DNA from: Callorhinchus milii
Taxonomy: Eukaryota
Direction of reading: 5' to 3'
Assembly (NCBI RefSeq): GCF_018977255.1
Contig: NW_024704743.1
Location: forward strand, 108,874,001 to 108,938,000
Length of the DNA: 64,000 bases
The notes below the pieces were generated by a model that saw only the letters and a program-made list of their open reading frames with translations, did no database searches and had not been told where the DNA came from. The position numbers and the translations under genes were made by a program. Each line of letters begins with the position of its first letter. The stretch's first letter is position 1. Positions 60,833 through 64,000 of the stretch are shown piece by piece.

Positions 60833-62544
60833 TGCAACTTGGACAAGTGGACTTTGTAGACACCAAACACATGCACAGTACAAAGCTGTTTATAACTGAT
60901 TAATAACTGACTTCAAGAGGATCAATGTGCTGAAAGGCCGCTTCATGTTCCAGTTTTCCTATCAACCAAAAATGCATTTCTCTGAAGGGGCATCACAATG
61001 CTATTTTTAAATACTACTGCAGCTCACCAATATCGTTGCTTTTACATTATTTACACCATAATATCATTTTGTTGCTTTTAATACAATGAGTTTCACTCAG
61101 TGTTTTTCCTTCCAGAAGACAGAGTGGCATCAATGTCACTTAGGCAGAATAGCTGCAACACTAATCTTCCTCTAGGAATTATTTGGGTGAGTGAACAGGA
61201 ACTCCCCTCCTGAATACAGTGACTTGCCTGACAGAATTCCATGGGCACAGCTATACCTTTAGCACCTTGTCCCCTTCGCCATTTTTCGTGCCCAAACCAC
61301 ACAGTGAGGCTTGCCAGATTCTTCAACCAAACTGACATCCATAACAAGCCAAGTTGCAGACTTTCCACTACAGTTGCTGAATAGTGATTAGGAGTAAGAA
61401 CCAAATCTGGATTTCCGCTCTCCCGAGCCCGGGCACAGTCCACAACACTAAGATATCCCTCTATGAAATCTGTATGATTAGAATTCAGTGAATACTACTG
61501 GAGATGTAATGAACATTTGGCACCGGTGCTACATCGGTGTCTTTTAATGTCAAACAATGACACCCGTCCAATTATCTCAGATTGGGGGGAGGGGAGGAAG
61601 AAAAGAATGAGGATCTGGGAGTCTTGTGTAACACTTTCTTCAGCACATTGATGGAATGAGAACATATTGCATAGTGCACTGCTGGGCAATTTCCTTGCAA
61701 TCTTGCATTAGTTGCAGCATGAGTGCACAATCACCCCTTCCCAAGAGTTCTCATTATAACTCTGCCAATTTTGCAGTCATCTGAAAAAGGTACCATGAGT
61801 GAGCTCTTCACAGAAGAGTAGTTTTGTACCTCAAGCTGCATTGGTGTAAGATATATGAACATTCACGTGTACTGAAGCAGAGCATAGACAAAATGTAGTC
61901 AACTCACTGTACAGTACATTCTGTGAAGCGCTTTGAGACGTCTCGAAGACGTCATCAAGTGCTATATCAAATGCAAGGATTATTATTATTAAGACTCAAG
62001 AGAACAATCTTCTCACCCCCCTCTCTCCACTACCTCAGGAACTCCAAAGCAGGGCATGGCAACACCATTGCAACTCTGTCCCATTAACATGATTAGTTAT
62101 TACACCTGCATTCTCAATAGAATTGCAACATAATGCAAAAACATCAAAATTAGCAAAGTTTTAAAAAATTGCAGATCGGGGCACAGCTGCAAAGCACTTA
62201 AAAGGGCAGTGGCAAGAATGTGGAGTTCACTGCCAGTACCAATGGTTGAAGCAAAAAGCAAAAAGAGAAAACTCGATGCAAACAGAAGGGAGAAAGTAAT
62301 AGGAGAGAGGAATAGGTGGGGGGCATGTGTTGAGGATAAACACTGGTACAGACTGATTGGGCCAAATAGTCTGTTTCTGTGCCACATTGCTCTATGTAAG
62401 AGCACCACAAATTCTTTGCACCAAGGAATAATGTGGCATCAGTGTTAACCCGATTTTTCAGTTGACATTGGGCATTTGTGAATTCATGTGTACTGAAGCA
62501 AAGACTAAATGTACAATCAACTCACTGCACAGTATATTTCTGAC

Positions 62545-62718
62545 AGAGTGGCGGAAGCCAATTCGATAATAACTTTTAAGAGAGTAATTTATTGGGGAGG
62601 ACAAGTTTGCAGGACTATGGGGAGAATGCAGGATTGAATTGGATAGCTCTTTTCAAGAGCCAGTAGACATGATGGGCCAAATGGCCTCCTTCTGTGCTGT
62701 ATAATTCTATGATCTATG
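62545..62718 (+). mobile_element. CR1 3' end
   Basis: gatgggccaaatggcctccttctgtgctgtataattctatgatctatg tail. Confidence 0.8.
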
Positions 62719-64000
62719 ATTTGGGCTGTGCCTTGGAGGGCACAGAGTAAAAAGTTCACAGACTGTTTGAGAGAGGAAAGGAAAACTTAAGGAGTGCTGC
62801 ATCTTCCAGCAGCAGACTGTTATTGGACATAATACAGACAAAATTAAGTTATTAAATGATAATTTGCTGCATGTCACATGCCATTGTTTGTTTAGAAATA
62901 CAAAGCAACTCAACAGAGCATAAAGGAATTACATTAATATTGCTGGCTTCAGGCCTCACTATAAACTGACACTAGAATGGTAAAATAGGATGTGGATTGG
63001 CAGCGCTGTTACCAGTGGAACAAAATCAATGCGTCAAAATAAAGGTTGTAGCTAGAGGTACAGGAAAGAAAACGCTGAGTAAAGTGCGTGTATTTTTTCA
63101 CTTTCTACATCAATGCACATTTGTTAGTAATCTTCTGGAATTTTGACTACATGAATTAATTATTTTGTATGTAAAAGTTCTACTAAACCCAAATTACAAG
63201 CAACAATTGACAATACAATTTACAGAATTTGATTATTTCCCCTTCAGCATTGGAATGGACACTTCATACACTACCTCATCAATTGACCAAGAGATGCCGA
63301 TATTGATTAACAATTCATTGTGTGCCTAATACAGTATGTTGTCTGAATTAATATCAGTTACAATCAGTTTGCATAGGACAACTCCAATATTGTTCTTGCA
63401 GTATAATGGAAAAAAGCCAAGTTTAAATTCAAATGTAGTCCATGTACAATAATTTTAATGGAAAATGTAGTTACAGTGATAAACATTTATGGAATATACA
63501 GGCTATTGATACAAACTAATTGTTAGTTACATGAATTGTTAGTAATAATGCAACTGTTTCTATGATGTATATTGTACATACCTATCACCCATGACACACA
63601 TTCAAATGTCAAACCAGTTTTAATACATGTTCTGACAGGTAAATAAAATGAGGTGGTGGATTGCATGTGTATGGTCAAGACATTTTACTCAAAAGTGCAG
63701 TTAATGGGCTTTTGACAGATTCAACGCTATGAAACTCATTTAAAAGGAAACATTTCAGCTCACTTACTGTACACTAAGTAGGGCTCTACCTGTATATATA
63801 GAAATGGCTGAACAATAATAAATTACAAAGACATGTCAGTCAGACAGAAAGGGATAACAAATCTCAAATTTATAGAAACAAAAATAAAAAGGCATAAACA
63901 TACAGGCTTCAGAATTATCAGAATAAGGCAAAATTAAGCAAACAGAAAATATTCAAACATGAAAATCAATAAAAAGGCATAATTCATGCAATATTCCTTA

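Noticed and set aside
61115..61188. Plus-strand candidate exon ending TGG|gtgagt
   Set aside because: Peptide unrecognisable; no supporting exon chain.
1..64000. CRISPR array or prokaryote-type defence system
   Set aside because: Recurrent sequences are dispersed SINE/LINE tails, not regularly spaced repeats; no operon-like ORFs; the DNA is vertebrate-like.

Overview
This is a eukaryotic, repeat-dense and essentially non-coding window (large intron or intergenic DNA). The repeats are 5'-truncated L2-clade LINEs with (TTG)n tails, CR1-clade LINEs with TTCTTATG/ATTCTATG tails, and two tRNA-derived SINE families that carry a Deu-domain-like segment and an L2-like tail. That mix suggests a cartilaginous fish, possibly a holocephalan; this is inference. 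I found no host protein-coding gene, rRNA, intact tRNA gene or CRISPR array. The only recognisable peptides are retroelement-derived. Beyond the common repeats I found: (1) a heavily decayed Ty3/Gypsy LTR+gag relic at about 13.7-15.2 kb that the ORF track misses, with a SINE and a probable hAT MITE nested inside; (2) a SINE that appears to combine a tRNA-Ala head, a CORE-like segment and a Deu-like segment; (3) an unassigned inverted-repeat element family at 48.5-49.4 kb and 53.7 kb; (4) a ~220-bp direct-repeat pair with a 15-bp segment identical to a neighbouring SINE; (5) a CpG-rich 83-bp tandem duplication with CTCF/YY1-like motifs; (6) several repeat-free, enhancer-like blocks. I cannot support a claim of a new biological system; the best candidates for undescribed elements are listed as findings. 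Repeat boundaries were read by eye and are approximate (about +/-20 bp), and family names come from remembered consensus features, not database searches.
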